From Octopus vulgaris (lineage: Eukaryota), in NCBI GenBank assembly GCA_951406725.2, contig OX597816.1, forward strand, positions 10,788,001 to 10,852,000: DNA of 64,000 nt. The letters are read 5' to 3'. Position numbers and translations under genes: made by a program. Of the stretch, positions 27,709 to 40,745 are shown in pieces (positions within the stretch are counted from its first letter, which is position 1; every line of letters begins with the position of its first letter). Below the pieces are notes generated by a model. It was given only the letters and a program-made list of their open reading frames with translations, was not told the origin of the DNA and did no database searches.

Positions 27709-28074
27709 TGTGGGTATATGTGTGTGTTTATCTATAGAGATGCATGCATGTAAGTATTATGTGTATGCATATATATGTATTTATGAATATACATATATAT
27801 ATATATGCACACACACATTTATTTGCATATATTATGTATAAACGCGCACATGCATACATATATACTCACACACATATACATTCATACATATCTATGTACA
27901 TATTATGCACATACACATAGATACATATTTACTCACATACATATATATACACATACATACATTTATGCATATTTAGTGAAATCATAAATTAAAAAAAAAT
28001 AGATAAAAGCAGTGAAACTCCATTAGACTTACACAATGAATATATTAGACTGACGCTTGGTGAATGTTTTATAT

Positions 28075-28475
28075 ACCTACATACATACATATACATTACA
28101 TACATACGTACATACATATATACAAACATACATACAAACATACATACATATATATACAAACACATACATTACATACATACGTACATACATACATACATAC
28201 ATATATAACATACATACATTACATACATACAAACATACATACATACAAACACACACACATACATACATTCATTACATACATACATATATACATTACATAC
28301 ATACATACATACATATATATACATTACATACATATGTACATACATTACATACATGCATACATACATACATAACATACATACAAACACACATACATACACA
28401 CATTACATACATACATTACATACATACGTACATACATTACATATATACATACATACATGCATACATACATACATT

Positions 28476-28507
<32 letters not shown>

Positions 28508-28582
28508 TCACACATACATACATACATATACACACACACACACATACACTCACACACACACATACATACATACATACATACA

Positions 28583-28614
<32 letters not shown>

Positions 28615-28616
28615 CA
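28075..28616. repeat. (CATA)n / (CA)n microsatellite
   Basis: Read directly. Confidence 0.95.
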
Positions 28617-29140
28617 ACTTAGTCTTGCAAGTGAAATTAACGTGGCAGATTATAATATACCCCGAATTCTCAGTTGCGTTGCTTGGTTATCAAATTGGCT
28701 GCACAGATTTGAATATTTTAAAGCATCACCCAGTTTCATTTAACAATAGTTGCCATGAAACTAAAACATAATATTTCATAGTCATGTAGAAAATCTAACT
28801 TAATTCACACAAAGTCATTTGATTTACATATTGAAGTTGCTTCGATGAATATCAGTAAAAAATAATAACATATCCTAACAAAGCATGAAAATTGATAATT
28901 TGCTATACGCTGATCTTGAAAATATTCAAATTTGCAGCTTACACCGGTACTGTACAGATTTTTAAATGTATCAGTATATTAAGGATATATTATATGTATT
29001 GGTGCATAAGTGATCACGCATATATATATATACACACACTGATATCAACTTTGGGAGTAAATCGTTTTTTATTTTGACATTAATGTTTATATAGCCAAGT
29101 GTATCTTGCAAGAATATATTCATACTTATATATTTCATTG

Positions 29141-30180
29141 TGGAGGTGCAATGGCCCAGTGGTTAGGGCAGCGGACTCGTGGTCGTAGGATCGCGGTTTC
29201 GATTCCCAGACCGGGCGTTGTGAGTGTTTATTGAGCGAAAAACACCTAAAGCTCCATGAGCTCCGGCAGGGATTGTTGGCAATCCCTGCTGTACTCTTTC
29301 ACCAAAACTTTCTCTTACTCTTTCTTCTGTTGGCCTGCTCACTTAGCCAATGGGGTAGCATAATTTGAAGGCTAAAACAATGCGAAGCGCATTGTGATCA
29401 ACGATGTATAGCAACATTTGATAACCTGGTTGGTCACGGTGATCACGGTGATATATTTCATTATTCTTGTTCTCACAGATGCACAAATACATGCATGCAC
29501 ACACATATGTACACACACACACACATACAGACTGTAATTGGCACTCTGTTGGTTACAATGATGTGTGATCCAGTTGATCCGATGAACAGAACAGCCTGCT
29601 TGTGGAATTAATATGCAAGTGGCTGAGTACTCCACAGATGTGTACTTTTAATGTAGTCCTCAGGAAGATTCAGTGTGAAACAGAATGTGACAAGTCTAGC
29701 CCTTTGAATCAGAAGCAAAACTCAATTTTGTTGGCTGAATAGGTTGGAACAATGTGAAATTAGTGTCTTGCTCAAGGTTACAATGTGCTGCCGGGAATTG
29801 AAGTCACAACCTTATGATTGTGTGCCGAATACTCCTAACTTGTGGAGGCACATGGCCTAGTGGTTAGAGCAGCAGACTCACGGTCGAGGGATCACGGGTT
29901 CGAATCTCAGATCGGACGATGTGTGTTTATGAGCGAAACACCTAAGCTCCACATGGCTCTGGCAGAAGGTAATGGCGAAACTTCTGCTGATTCTTTCGTC
30001 TCAACTTTCTCTCACTCTTTCCTCCTGCATCTTGCAGCTCACCTGTGATGGACCGGTGTCCCATCCAGGTGGGGAAACTATATGCCAAGAAAACCGGGAA
30101 ACTGGCCCTTATGAGCCAGGCATGGCTCGAGAAGGAACAAACAACAAAAAAAACTCCTAACTACTAAGCTGCATGCCTTC
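29141..30180. mobile_element. Cluster of family C SINEs, including a nested insertion
   Basis: Plus-strand copy at about 29141-29450. A minus-strand copy at about 29535-30180 is split by a plus-strand SINE (29841-30152) with TSD ACTCCTAACT (29831-40, 30153-62). Confidence 0.8.
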
Positions 30181-31587
30181 AACTGCACATACAAACACAG
30201 AGAAATGAAAAATATTGAAATAGAACACGATACAGGACAAGGACAAATATACGTGGAAATCCTATTATCAGCCATATAAACCAAAGTCATCATAGTTTTG
30301 GTCCATTCAAAGTCTTATTACTCCTCTGGTTGTGTCAGTGATATAGCGAATATCACTGAGGTGATGGGCAAACAAGAACTAAAAGTGAAGACCAACAATG
30401 TAGACCTTCAACATAAAACTACACACAGAAACAACGAGTATCGTAACAAAAGAAACATAAATAAAGCCACATATATGTATATATATAAATATATTATTTT
30501 TGGTATCATGTTCATGAAAGGCCATTGATTAAGAACCAAATTATCTTGTTGTCTATGTTTGTTGTATTATGTGTAGCTCCTTTTGGAATAAATTCTTTGT
30601 TTTAAGTACTGTTTTGTAGCTAAAACTTATGGCTATTTGTTTCACTCTGATGCTGTTACTTGTCATAATAAGCTAGTGGATTCCCAGGCTGTGTTTATGT
30701 TTTTAACGCTATTAACACTGGCGGATTGAGTAGTACTGCCCAGGTGTCGAAACTATAGTGATACCCATTTGGCAGCTGATGAAAGGAATATACATTTGTT
30801 ATGCTTGATGATGAATTTCTTATACCCAAGGCTCGTTATTCTGGGTTGTCCTTCATTCTTAAAAAGGGAAATGTGTTGGTGGTTTCATAATTTGTGGGGA
30901 TCACTTTCATTGGTATTCTTTGGTTTTTTTTTTTGTAGGTAATCTAATTAGGAGTAGACAATACTTAGATATTGGTGTCTAGTTTGAAGAAGTTAGATGG
31001 CATGTATATATGTGATAATCTTTAGATGAGATTCAGGGAAGACATTTTCTGAGTAGTACTGAGGAAGACAAGAAGGAGTGACTAAAGTCCCGTACGGTAG
31101 GAGAACAGGAAAATTGAAAAGGGTCTGACTTCAACAAACCTTTCAGTCCTAAAGACAGAATAGTAGGGAAGAATTTGGGTATTGGCTCATATTCGTGGTG
31201 GTAGTTGCGAGGAAAAGAAAGCAGCTGATGCTACTACAATAGCAAACAAAAAAAAAAAAAAGCAGCATAACTGAACTGACAAAATAAGGTCTACACAGTC
31301 TCACCAATAAGCTATTTTGTTTTTAGAAATCCTATCTACTTCATTCCGTAACTCTTGTATTTTTATTTGCACCCCCAACAACCCTGGTTGCCTACCGTGA
31401 AATATAAAAAAAACAAAACTTTTCCAGTTTATCAGACTTCGATACGTAAAAAATACACAACCTTCCATCTAAATAAACCACTATTGTCCCTGAAAGCTGT
31501 TTTTTTACATTTACTATGGATTGCTTGGAGCTAACTTTTTCCCTACACCTCAATCCTTGGATCTTACATCTATATCTATCTATCTAC

Positions 31588-31618
<31 letters not shown>

Positions 31619-31653
31619 TATACATATATATACATATATATACATATATATAC

Positions 31654-31686
<33 letters not shown>

Positions 31687-33334
31687 CACGCACACATGCA
31701 CATATTCTTTCATCTCTGAAATGAGAAACACTTATTATTAGGTTTACCATAACTGCATTTCAAAGACTCAATGATGAATATTGAAAAGAGAATGGCATAA
31801 ATTTCTAGAGGTTTCTATACTAGGCGAACAGGAGTGCCAGATACCGAAATCCCATTCTTGATAACAAATTTGTATTTCTGGTTGCTATTGATTTGTTATT
31901 GATAGATGATTACTATGTATGTGGGTGTACATGTACAGATGCCTGAGAGAGAAAGAGAGAGAGAGAGAGAGAGGAGAGAAAGGTTGTGGGCGAACGGTCT
32001 CTGATAACGAAAACCAATAAAAACTAGCAACTGTGTGTTTAAGTTTCTTTGTGGTAATTATTTTATCAGGAATCGGGGTTATTTTTTTCTTGTGAAAGTT
32101 AAGGGGGGAAAAAAAAAATCTCATTTAGATATCTTGGGAAAATGCTTGTGTGGTTGTATATTGTGTTTCTGTGAGAAATATCGCCATGTTTGATCTTTGC
32201 CGATAAGTTGTGCAAGAGCAATATGGAACCCCCTATCAGTGGTCTTATCTCGTGTGTTATAACGCAACCTAAGCAATTGTATAACATGTGGCAATGAAAT
32301 AGAGGAACATTATTGAAAGAACACGCAGGAAATGGAGATAAATTTTTGTGGCATGTATCAAACTATAATTCCCTAAAGGGGTTTTCATATATATTTTGCT
32401 GGGTAATTTTCATAGTAATAGTGTTGTGATCATAATTGGTAGGGCATCAGATAAAATGCCACGTGCTTTTGGTGGCATTTTGCAATTTAAGATAGCGACT
32501 GTACAGAATTATTAGAGTTTTGGATACAATGCATTCTGGTATTGATTCTACCCTTCTCTACTGAGGTCACCTTAAACTTCCATTCATTTGGGGTCAATTA
32601 ATAAAGTATTGATCCAGAGTTGAAATGGCAGAAATGAAACTTTAGAGCATTAGATCCGATGCCTTGAGATGCCCGTTTTGGATCAATACACAGCACGATA
32701 TGGATTACCATTCTATTCCCGTTATTTTGAGACTCACCAATGAGTACAGCCTACAAACGTCAGACAGAATTAACCTTTGTATATGAGGAGATAATCCAGT
32801 TAACCAACACAGAATTACACACACACACACACACACATGCACATGAGCCTGCATGCACCCACACATATACAATGCATATATACATATAGTTATATACACT
32901 GATACATAATGTATATATATACTCATATACATGGGTAGTTATACATGTATACAAATATATTTTGATACATGTAATTTGAGATTTACTACCACATGTATGT
33001 TTAATCCATTCATCCATCTCCTTCTCTTGTCATATATATTCATATATATGCATGTATACAAATGTATGTTTAGGTATTATATGTGTATGTGTGTGTGTGT
33101 GTAAAAAGGTTGAATGCAGAGTTGACCTTTAATTTGGAGGTTTCCAAAAAAAGATTTCTAAGGCTGATTCTTCATATTTTCTTGGTAGTTTACAGGCATA
33201 AATTTGCGAAGATATTAAAATGATACTTGTATATGGTGTGTAGTGAATTTATGGAAAGAAGTCCCATAAAACTCAACAATTTAGTTAAAAATGGAGAAGA
33301 GAAGTTGTTAAAATATATATTTTAACAACTTGTC

Positions 33335-33745
33335 TTACTCTTTTACTCTTCTACTTATTTCAGTCATTTGACTGTGGCCATGCTGGAGCACCACCTTTAA
33401 TCGAGCAAATCGAGCCCAGGACTTATTCTTTATAAGCCTAGAAGTTATTCTATCGGGCTCTTTTGCCAAACTGCTAAGTTACGGGGACATAAACACACCA
33501 TCATCAGTTGTCAAGCGATGTTGAGGAGACAAACACAGACACAAACATATACACACACACATACATATATTTATACATATATATGACAGGCTTCTTTCAG
33601 TTTCTTTCTACCAAATTCACTCACAGGGCTTTTGGTTGGCCTGAGGCTATAATAGAAGACACATGCCCAAGGTGCCATGCAGTGGGACTGAACCAGAACC
33701 ATGTGGTTCATAAGCAAACTACTTACCATGCAGCTACTCCTACTG
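33335..33745 (-). mobile_element. SINE family B
   Basis: Reverse complement of 52962-53360. Confidence 0.85.
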
Positions 33746-33819
33746 TCTTCTCCATTTTAAACTAAATTGCTGAGTATTATGGGACGTCTTTCTATAATTT
33801 CACCACACATCATGTACAA

Positions 33820-33854
<35 letters not shown>

Positions 33855-34968
33855 TATATACACACATCTAGCACCTGTGCCGGTGGCACGTAAAAAGCAC
33901 CCACTATACTCACGGAGTGGTTGGCGTTAGGAAGGGCATCCAGCCGTAGAAACATTGCCAGATCAGACTGGGCCTGGTGCAGCTTTTTGGCTTCCCAGAC
34001 TCCAGTTATCCAACCCATGCTAGCATGGAAAGCGGGCGCTAAACGATGATGATGATGATGATGAGAATAAACATATTATATGAGAAGACAAAGAGAGAGA
34101 TAGAGGGAGAAGAATATAAGTATACTGATAAACAAATGGATAGATATATATGTATATACATTAGATAAAGCAAATGGATTTTCCTTAATTTTCGTTTTTC
34201 TATTTACTCATTTTTCAGTGCATATCAATTAGAGTGTTTGAACTAATGAGGGAGCTTCTCTAGTTACTCAACTTGCTAGAAATACCAACCAAATCCACCC
34301 AAAGCATCCTACTGTTTTTGAAATATGAACATAAAATTCAGATGGTCAGGACAGAATGCTTTTAAATCAGGCTGACCCAGGATTAAACAACTGGAATGCA
34401 GTATTGCACCAACGTGTGTATGAACAGTAAAGAATTCGGATGGTCAAGACAGAATGCTTTTAAACCACTCGTTGTCTATGCTCAACACCATTATGATATA
34501 CAGAAATATAGACTCACACAATCCACTTCTATTTATAAGTCTCATTTTTAATGCAATATAACTCACCAAAAAACATGTTATTATAGATTAAAATGATATA
34601 GGTGCAGGAGTGGCTGTGTGGTAAGTAGCTTGCTTACCAACCACATTGTTCTGGGTTCAGTCCTACTGCGTGGCACCTTGGGCAGGTGACTTCTAATGAG
34701 AAGGGTATAAATTAATGAGGACAGAGGACAGGCTACAACCTTGGAGCCCTAGTAATCTGTTATGCCATTTACCTAGTGTACCTAATCATTTAGATCACCT
34801 GTGAACTAAAACCCCATACTTTGTGTGTATATGTGTGTGTGTCTCTGTGTGTGTGTATATATATATAGCAAATTTATGAGAGGTATTGGTATTCAGAAGA
34901 CCGAAGGTGGCAGGTAATGCTATGTAAGCAGACTCTAATATTTCCCTCTATTTAACAATCTCACATCA

Positions 34969-35014
34969 TCTCTGATGAAGGGATATCCCTAATACCCCAG
35001 AAACAGCTGTAAGA
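34969..35014 (+). ncRNA. Minimal type I hammerhead-ribozyme-like motif (family H3)
   Basis: tct-CTGATGA-A-GGGATA-tccctaa-TACCCC-A-GAAA-CAGCTG-TA-aga. Canonical core boxes, palindromic stem III, GUA triplet. Confidence 0.6.
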
Positions 35015-35362
35015 CTAACTTTCTCTATATACATGTCCTGAAAATTCCACACAGCCTTGGCTTTGTTATCTCATTTCATTTAACACACACACACACATAT
35101 GTGCGTGTGTGTGTGTGTGTGTGTGTAAGTATGTACATATCGTCATTCGTTTAACGTCCGTTCTCCATGCTAGCATGGGTTGGATGGTTCGACCAGGGTC
35201 TGAGAAGCCAGATGGCTGCACCAGGCCCAGTCTGATCTGGCAGTGTTTCTACAGCTGGATGCCCTTCCTAACACCAACCACTCCGTGAGTGTAGTGGGTG
35301 CTTTTTACGGCCACCTGCACAGGTGCCAGACGAGGCTGGCAAATGGCCACGATCGGATGGTG

Positions 35363-35407
<45 letters not shown>

Positions 35408-35591
35408 CGAAATCAAAATGGAAATCGCATTCAAGCATGGAAAAAAACCATGACAAACAATGAACAGAAAAACCATCATTGTAAAAGCCAGATATAAACT
35501 GAGCAGTAACATTCAGTCAGTGAGTATCTATTTACCTTTAGTAGGTGTAAGCTATCTATCTATCCATCCATCCATCCATCCATCTATCTCT

Positions 35592-35811
35592 AAATATACT
35601 TTATTTAAAAGCAGCAGAAATATAACAAAAGCTGTTACTCAGATTTTTTTTTTTAACGAAACTGTCCGACGAATGTGAATGTGAAACTCCGAGTAACAGC
35701 TTTTGTTATATTTCTGCTGCTTTTAAATAAAGTATATTACTCTACCTCTGGTATTTGAGTACTCTTTTTTCCACCTTGTTTCACATTTATGTGCTTACTC
35801 CGGTGTATCTC

Positions 35812-35812
<1 letters not shown>
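35592..35812 (+). mobile_element. Foldback PLE-type element with hammerhead-like motif (family H4)
   Basis: About 47-bp perfect inverted arms (35593-35640 and 35691-35738). ctgt-CCGACGA-ATGTGAATGT-GAAA-CTCCGAG-TA-acag at 35662-35699. Confidence 0.6.
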
Positions 35813-35862
<50 letters not shown>

Positions 35863-36286
35863 TAATAGGTGTGTGTATTAAGTCAATTAGTTAACTTTTT
35901 ACTTGACAACATGCATTCATCAATAAGTGATTAGCTATATTCATTCACTTGAAGAGAGCGTCTCTCCAAACTATCCCATGTTTGGAAACAAAAAGAGACG
36001 CATCCTCCACAAAAAACAGAAAGAAAAAACGAAAGCCACTTCACACTACAGCATTGACACATTTGAAAATCTGATATTAGCATTAAAAGGGAAAAACTGA
36101 TAGCAAATAAATCACTTTGTATAAACATCGGTGTTGTTGTAGCAAGTATTAGACATGAATTGTCCATACAGGAAAACAATCGACAACAGTAAACACTTCA
36201 CAAACAATTTACTTGAGAAGGATATTTAGCATCTATTACACAAATCATGTTACAAATAATTCTCTATACATACTGACACCAGAGAA

Positions 36287-36328
<42 letters not shown>

Positions 36329-36434
36329 TCTCTTTATCACAAGTTCTGTTGAAGCTCCTGGAGTCTCACATGCTTGCTACATGCAGCCTATGATACCATA
36401 CAATCCATTCTTTTCAGCTATCAAATACTTTCCT

Positions 36435-36874
36435 GATTATTATTATTATTATTATTATTATTGCTATTATTATAATTATTATTATTATTATTATAATTAT
36501 TACTATTATTATTGCTATTATTATTGCTATTATTATTATTATTATTATTACTACTATTATTGCTATTATCATTATTATTATTATTACTATTATTGCTATT
36601 ATTATTGCTATCATTATTATTATTATCATCATTATTATTATTATTATTATTACTATTATTGCTATTATTATTGCTATCATTATTATTATTATCATCATTA
36701 TTATTATTATTATTACTATTATTGCTATTATTATTGCTATCATTATTATTATTATCATCATTATTATTATTATTACTATTATTGTTATTATTATTGCTAT
36801 CATTATTATTATCATTATTATTATTATTATTACTATTATTGCTATTATTATTGTGATCATTATTATTATTGCTA

Positions 36875-36906
<32 letters not shown>

Positions 36907-37030
36907 GCTATTATTTTTATTATTATTATCCTTATTATTATTATTATTATCATTATTATTATTATTATTATTATTACTACTACTACTGTTATTGCTATCA
37001 TTATTGTGATCATTATTATTATTATTGCTA

Positions 37031-37067
<37 letters not shown>

Positions 37068-37068
37068 G
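36435..37068. repeat. (TAT)n microsatellite with higher-order periodicity
   Basis: Read directly; source of the poly-Y/I/N/L ORFs. Confidence 0.95.
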
Positions 37069-37691
37069 CAACTTGGACAGTTAAAGTGGCTTGTGTCTGA
37101 AACCCGAGACACATGCAGTGATGTGAACAAATAAAAGATTTGGTTTCAGTCTAGACGACAAACGCAAAAAGAAAACAAACGAAAACTTACCGAGCGCATT
37201 CTAAATAGAATGGAAAACAAGATTGCTATATGCTGTTTACATGGGAAAATGTCACACAGGAAGTGGCCATAGATACATCATCATCATCATTGTCATCATC
37301 ATCATCGTTATCATCACTATCGTCAACATCATCATCCTCATCACCAACACCATCATGATCATCATCATAATCTTCATAATCATCATCATTGTTTTCTTTG
37401 TCTTCATCATCGCTATCGTTGTCATCATCATCGTCATTGCATCATCGTCCTTGTTTTTATCCTCCTACTCCTCATTGTCATTGTAACGTCCACGTTTCAA
37501 TCCTGGCATAGGTCAGACGGAATTTACTGTGGAAGGTTTTTCTGTGGCTGAATGCCCTTCCTGTTGCTAAACCTCACTGTTTCCAAGCAGCATAACATTC
37601 CCCACCAAGGGGTTCGTGTATGAGGCTGAAGAGGTACTTGCCACTGGCGGTCAGAGTAACAGCCTAAGCAGTAACAGCCATCCACTGACAA

Positions 37692-37722
<31 letters not shown>

Positions 37723-38050
37723 GTTTAACGTCCGTTTTCCGCGCTAGCATGGGTTGGACGGTTCAACTGGGGTCTGGGAAGCCAGAAGGCTGCACCAGGC
37801 CCAGTCTGATCTGGCAGTGTTTCTACAGCTGGATACCCTTCCTAACGCCAACCACTCCACGAGTGTAGTGGGTGCTTTTTACGTGCCACCTGCACAGGGG
37901 CCAGGGGAGTCTGGCATCGGACACAATCGGTTGGTGCTTTTAATGTGCCACCGGCACGGAAGCCAGTCAAGGTGGCGCTGGCATCGGCCATGTTCGGATG
38001 GTGCTTTTTATGTGCCACCAGCACAGAAGCCAGCCGAGGCGGTGCTGGCA
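37692..38050 (-). mobile_element. Family D element with about 3 VNTR units
   Basis: Same body and (CAT)n tail as 25378 and 40180. Confidence 0.85.
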
Positions 38051-38374
38051 ACAACAATGAAAAAATGGTGGTGGCAGTGGCCAAAGTAACAGCACAAGTG
38101 GGAATGATGCATCCACTGACAACAGCGAGAACAACAACAATGGTAGCAGTTACAGAAGCATTTCAAGCAGCTGAGACAACAAGACCAACAGATACCACAG
38201 CAGAAGCAGGACCAACTTCGCAGCTGGAAATGACTGCTACACTAGCAACAGGGGAACAACCAGCATCATCTCCTGGAATATCAACACCAGCAGTGACTCC
38301 AACAATAATAACAACATTAGAACCAGAGTTAACGAAGCAAAAATTAACGGTGGTAGTCCATCCAATTCATAGAC

Positions 38375-38810
38375 ACGAAAGTATGTTGGCTCAACCACGC
38401 CCTCGTTTAACCCTTTAGTGTTCAGATTATTCTATCAAACATAATGCTTATTGATTCCCATTGATTTGAATTAATCATGCATTATCTCATATCTTCAAGA
38501 TCTTGATGGTGTAATTACTTAATGTAGAATAACATTGTAAAGTAGGTGTGAGGGCCTGGATCTGGTCAGTTTGAACATAAAACAGATTAAATATTTTGGC
38601 CAGATATGGCCGGTTTAAATACTAAAGGGTTAAGCAACATCTGAACAACCATAGGCTCTCTTTTAGGATAACGGAAAGGAGCAACATCACGTCCTTGACC
38701 AGCCATGTATGGTGCCTAAATGAAGAAAGAAGCCCATACATAATTAAATGGAAGCTTCTTTAACAACCAGAAAGTAAACTATACAAGCTTTGCTTAGCTC
38801 AGAGGGCAAG
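38375..38810 (+). pseudogene. Penelope-like GIY-YIG relic split by a MITE
   Basis: With the MITE removed: RKYVGSTTPSF|KQHLNNHRLSFR..NITSLTSHVWCL..IKWKLL..KLCL. Confidence 0.75.
38411..38629. mobile_element. piggyBac-type MITE
   Basis: TTAA|CCCTTTAGT ... ACTAAAGGG|TTAA, with perfect TTAA TSDs at 38407-10 and 38630-33. Confidence 0.9.
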
Positions 38811-38884
38811 AAGCTTAAAAAAGTCACCCAAGCCACATTTACAAACATTCAGAAATCAACGACATATGTACCTTCATATGTACC

Positions 38885-39197
38885 TGATGACAATGATGGC
38901 AATGACAACGATGGTGATGATGATGATGGTGATGATGATGGTGATGATGATGATGATGGTGATGAGGATGATAACAGTGATGATGGTGATGATAATGACG
39001 ATGATGACAGTGACGATGGTGATGATGATGACGATGATGCTTACAATAATGATGACAATGATGATGACGATGATGATGGTGATGATGATGATATTGATGA
39101 TGGTGATGATATTGATGATGATATTGATGATGATGGTAATGATGACACCGATGATGATGATAATGGTGGTGGTAGTGGTAGTGGTGGTGGTGATGAT
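38885..39197. repeat. (GAT)n degenerate microsatellite
   Basis: Read directly. Similar tracts at 3640-3950, 37277-37440, 41520-41775 and 56165-56665. Confidence 0.9.
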
Positions 39198-40180
39198 CAC
39201 ATGTTGTTTCTTATGCTGTTGCTTTTGCTGTTCATAATACTGAAATAAAAAAACCAATTTCTACCCTTCAGACATGAACAATTAATTAATAATTCTACAG
39301 TAATATTCCAAATGCCAACAGCAACTATTATCTTCCTTTTTTTTTATTTTATTGACAGTCACATTTTTACATATTCTGTTTTTGCTTGTTTTATTTTATA
39401 TAATTTTGTATTTAACATTGCATTTTTATTTAACAATGTACCTTATTTCGCAGTCTTAGAATACTGTATTCTTCTTCTTCTTCGGTTTTGCAACTATCAT
39501 TACATCAGTCAAGAAAAAAAGGGGTTTCTTTGTTAGAATATTCTAGAATAATAAATCGTATGTGCATGGTGAACAGTGAGAATCAGAAAGATGGCTGACA
39601 TATTCAATCTTAATATGTTCTGACACATTCAGTTGTGAACATTCTAATCACTGTCGTATTTTGGAATTGGAGAACAACTTCTTTTAGGTGAATGTGTGTT
39701 CATAACACACTCAATTCATTAACATAAAGGGATTTTGTGACACCTGGTGTTTCGACATCATTGAGCCTCCTCAGTCATAGCAACTCTGGACTGATGAATC
39801 TAACAAGTGTTCATGGTTCTTGTTTTATAACTTCATCAAACAAATTATCTGCTAATCCATGTTGATATCTGCCAACTGATACATCATCATCATCATGAGT
39901 ATTGTAAACAGCAACAATCAGAATGATGATATACAGATTCGATCTTAATACATCTTCACAGAATCAAATGTGAATATGCTAATCACTGTTGTATTTAATT
40001 ATCTTATTATCTCCTTTCAGATAATTGAATCTTCAAAACACTAGTTCATTAGTGTGAGAGGAGTTTGTGACACCTAGTGTTTCATTATTTTGTAGAAGAC
40101 AAGGTGTCATGCAGTGGGACTGAACCTGGAACCAAGTGGTTGGGAAGCAAGCTTCTTACCACACAACCACTCCTGCACCT

Positions 40181-40213
<33 letters not shown>

Positions 40214-40745
40214 GTCATTTAGCGTCCGCTTTCCATGCTAGCATGGGTTGGACGGTTCGACTGGGGTCTGGGAAGCCAGAAGGCTGCACCAGGCCCAGTC
40301 TGATCTGGCAGAGTTTCTACGGCTGGATGCCCTTCCTAATGCCAACCACTCCGTGAGTGTAGTGGGTGCTTTTTACGTGCCACTCACACAGGTGCCAGGC
40401 GAGGCTGGCAATGGCCACGATCGGATGGTGCTTTTTACGTGCCACCGGCACGGAGGCCAGGCGAGGCTGGCAATGGCCACAAACGGATGGTGCTTTTTAC
40501 GTGCCACTCGCACAGGTGCCAGGCGAGGCTGGCAACGGCCACGATCGGATGGTGCTTTTTACGTGCCACCGGCATTGAGGCCAGGCGAGGCTGGCAATGG
40601 CCACAAACGGATGGTGCTTTTTACGTGCCACCGGCACAGAGGCCAGTTGAGGTGGAGCTGGCAACGACCACGATCAGATGGTACGCTTACTTGTCACTGG
40701 CACTGGTATCACAGCTGCAATTTCCATTGATGTTGATCGACTTCG
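40181..40745 (-). mobile_element. Family D element with five 62-bp VNTR units plus one degenerate unit
   Basis: Unit starts at 40365, 40427, 40489, 40551 and 40613, each exactly 62 bp apart. Confidence 0.88.

Noticed and set aside
36213-37134. Poly-Tyr/Asn/Ile/Leu ORFs
   Set aside because: (TAT)n repeat artefacts.
37945-38418. 157-aa Thr/Ala-rich ORF
   Set aside because: It starts in a family D VNTR and runs through low-complexity sequence next to a PLE relic. No splice or domain support.
38790-39248. Asp-rich 152-aa ORF
   Set aside because: Translation of a (GAT)n microsatellite.
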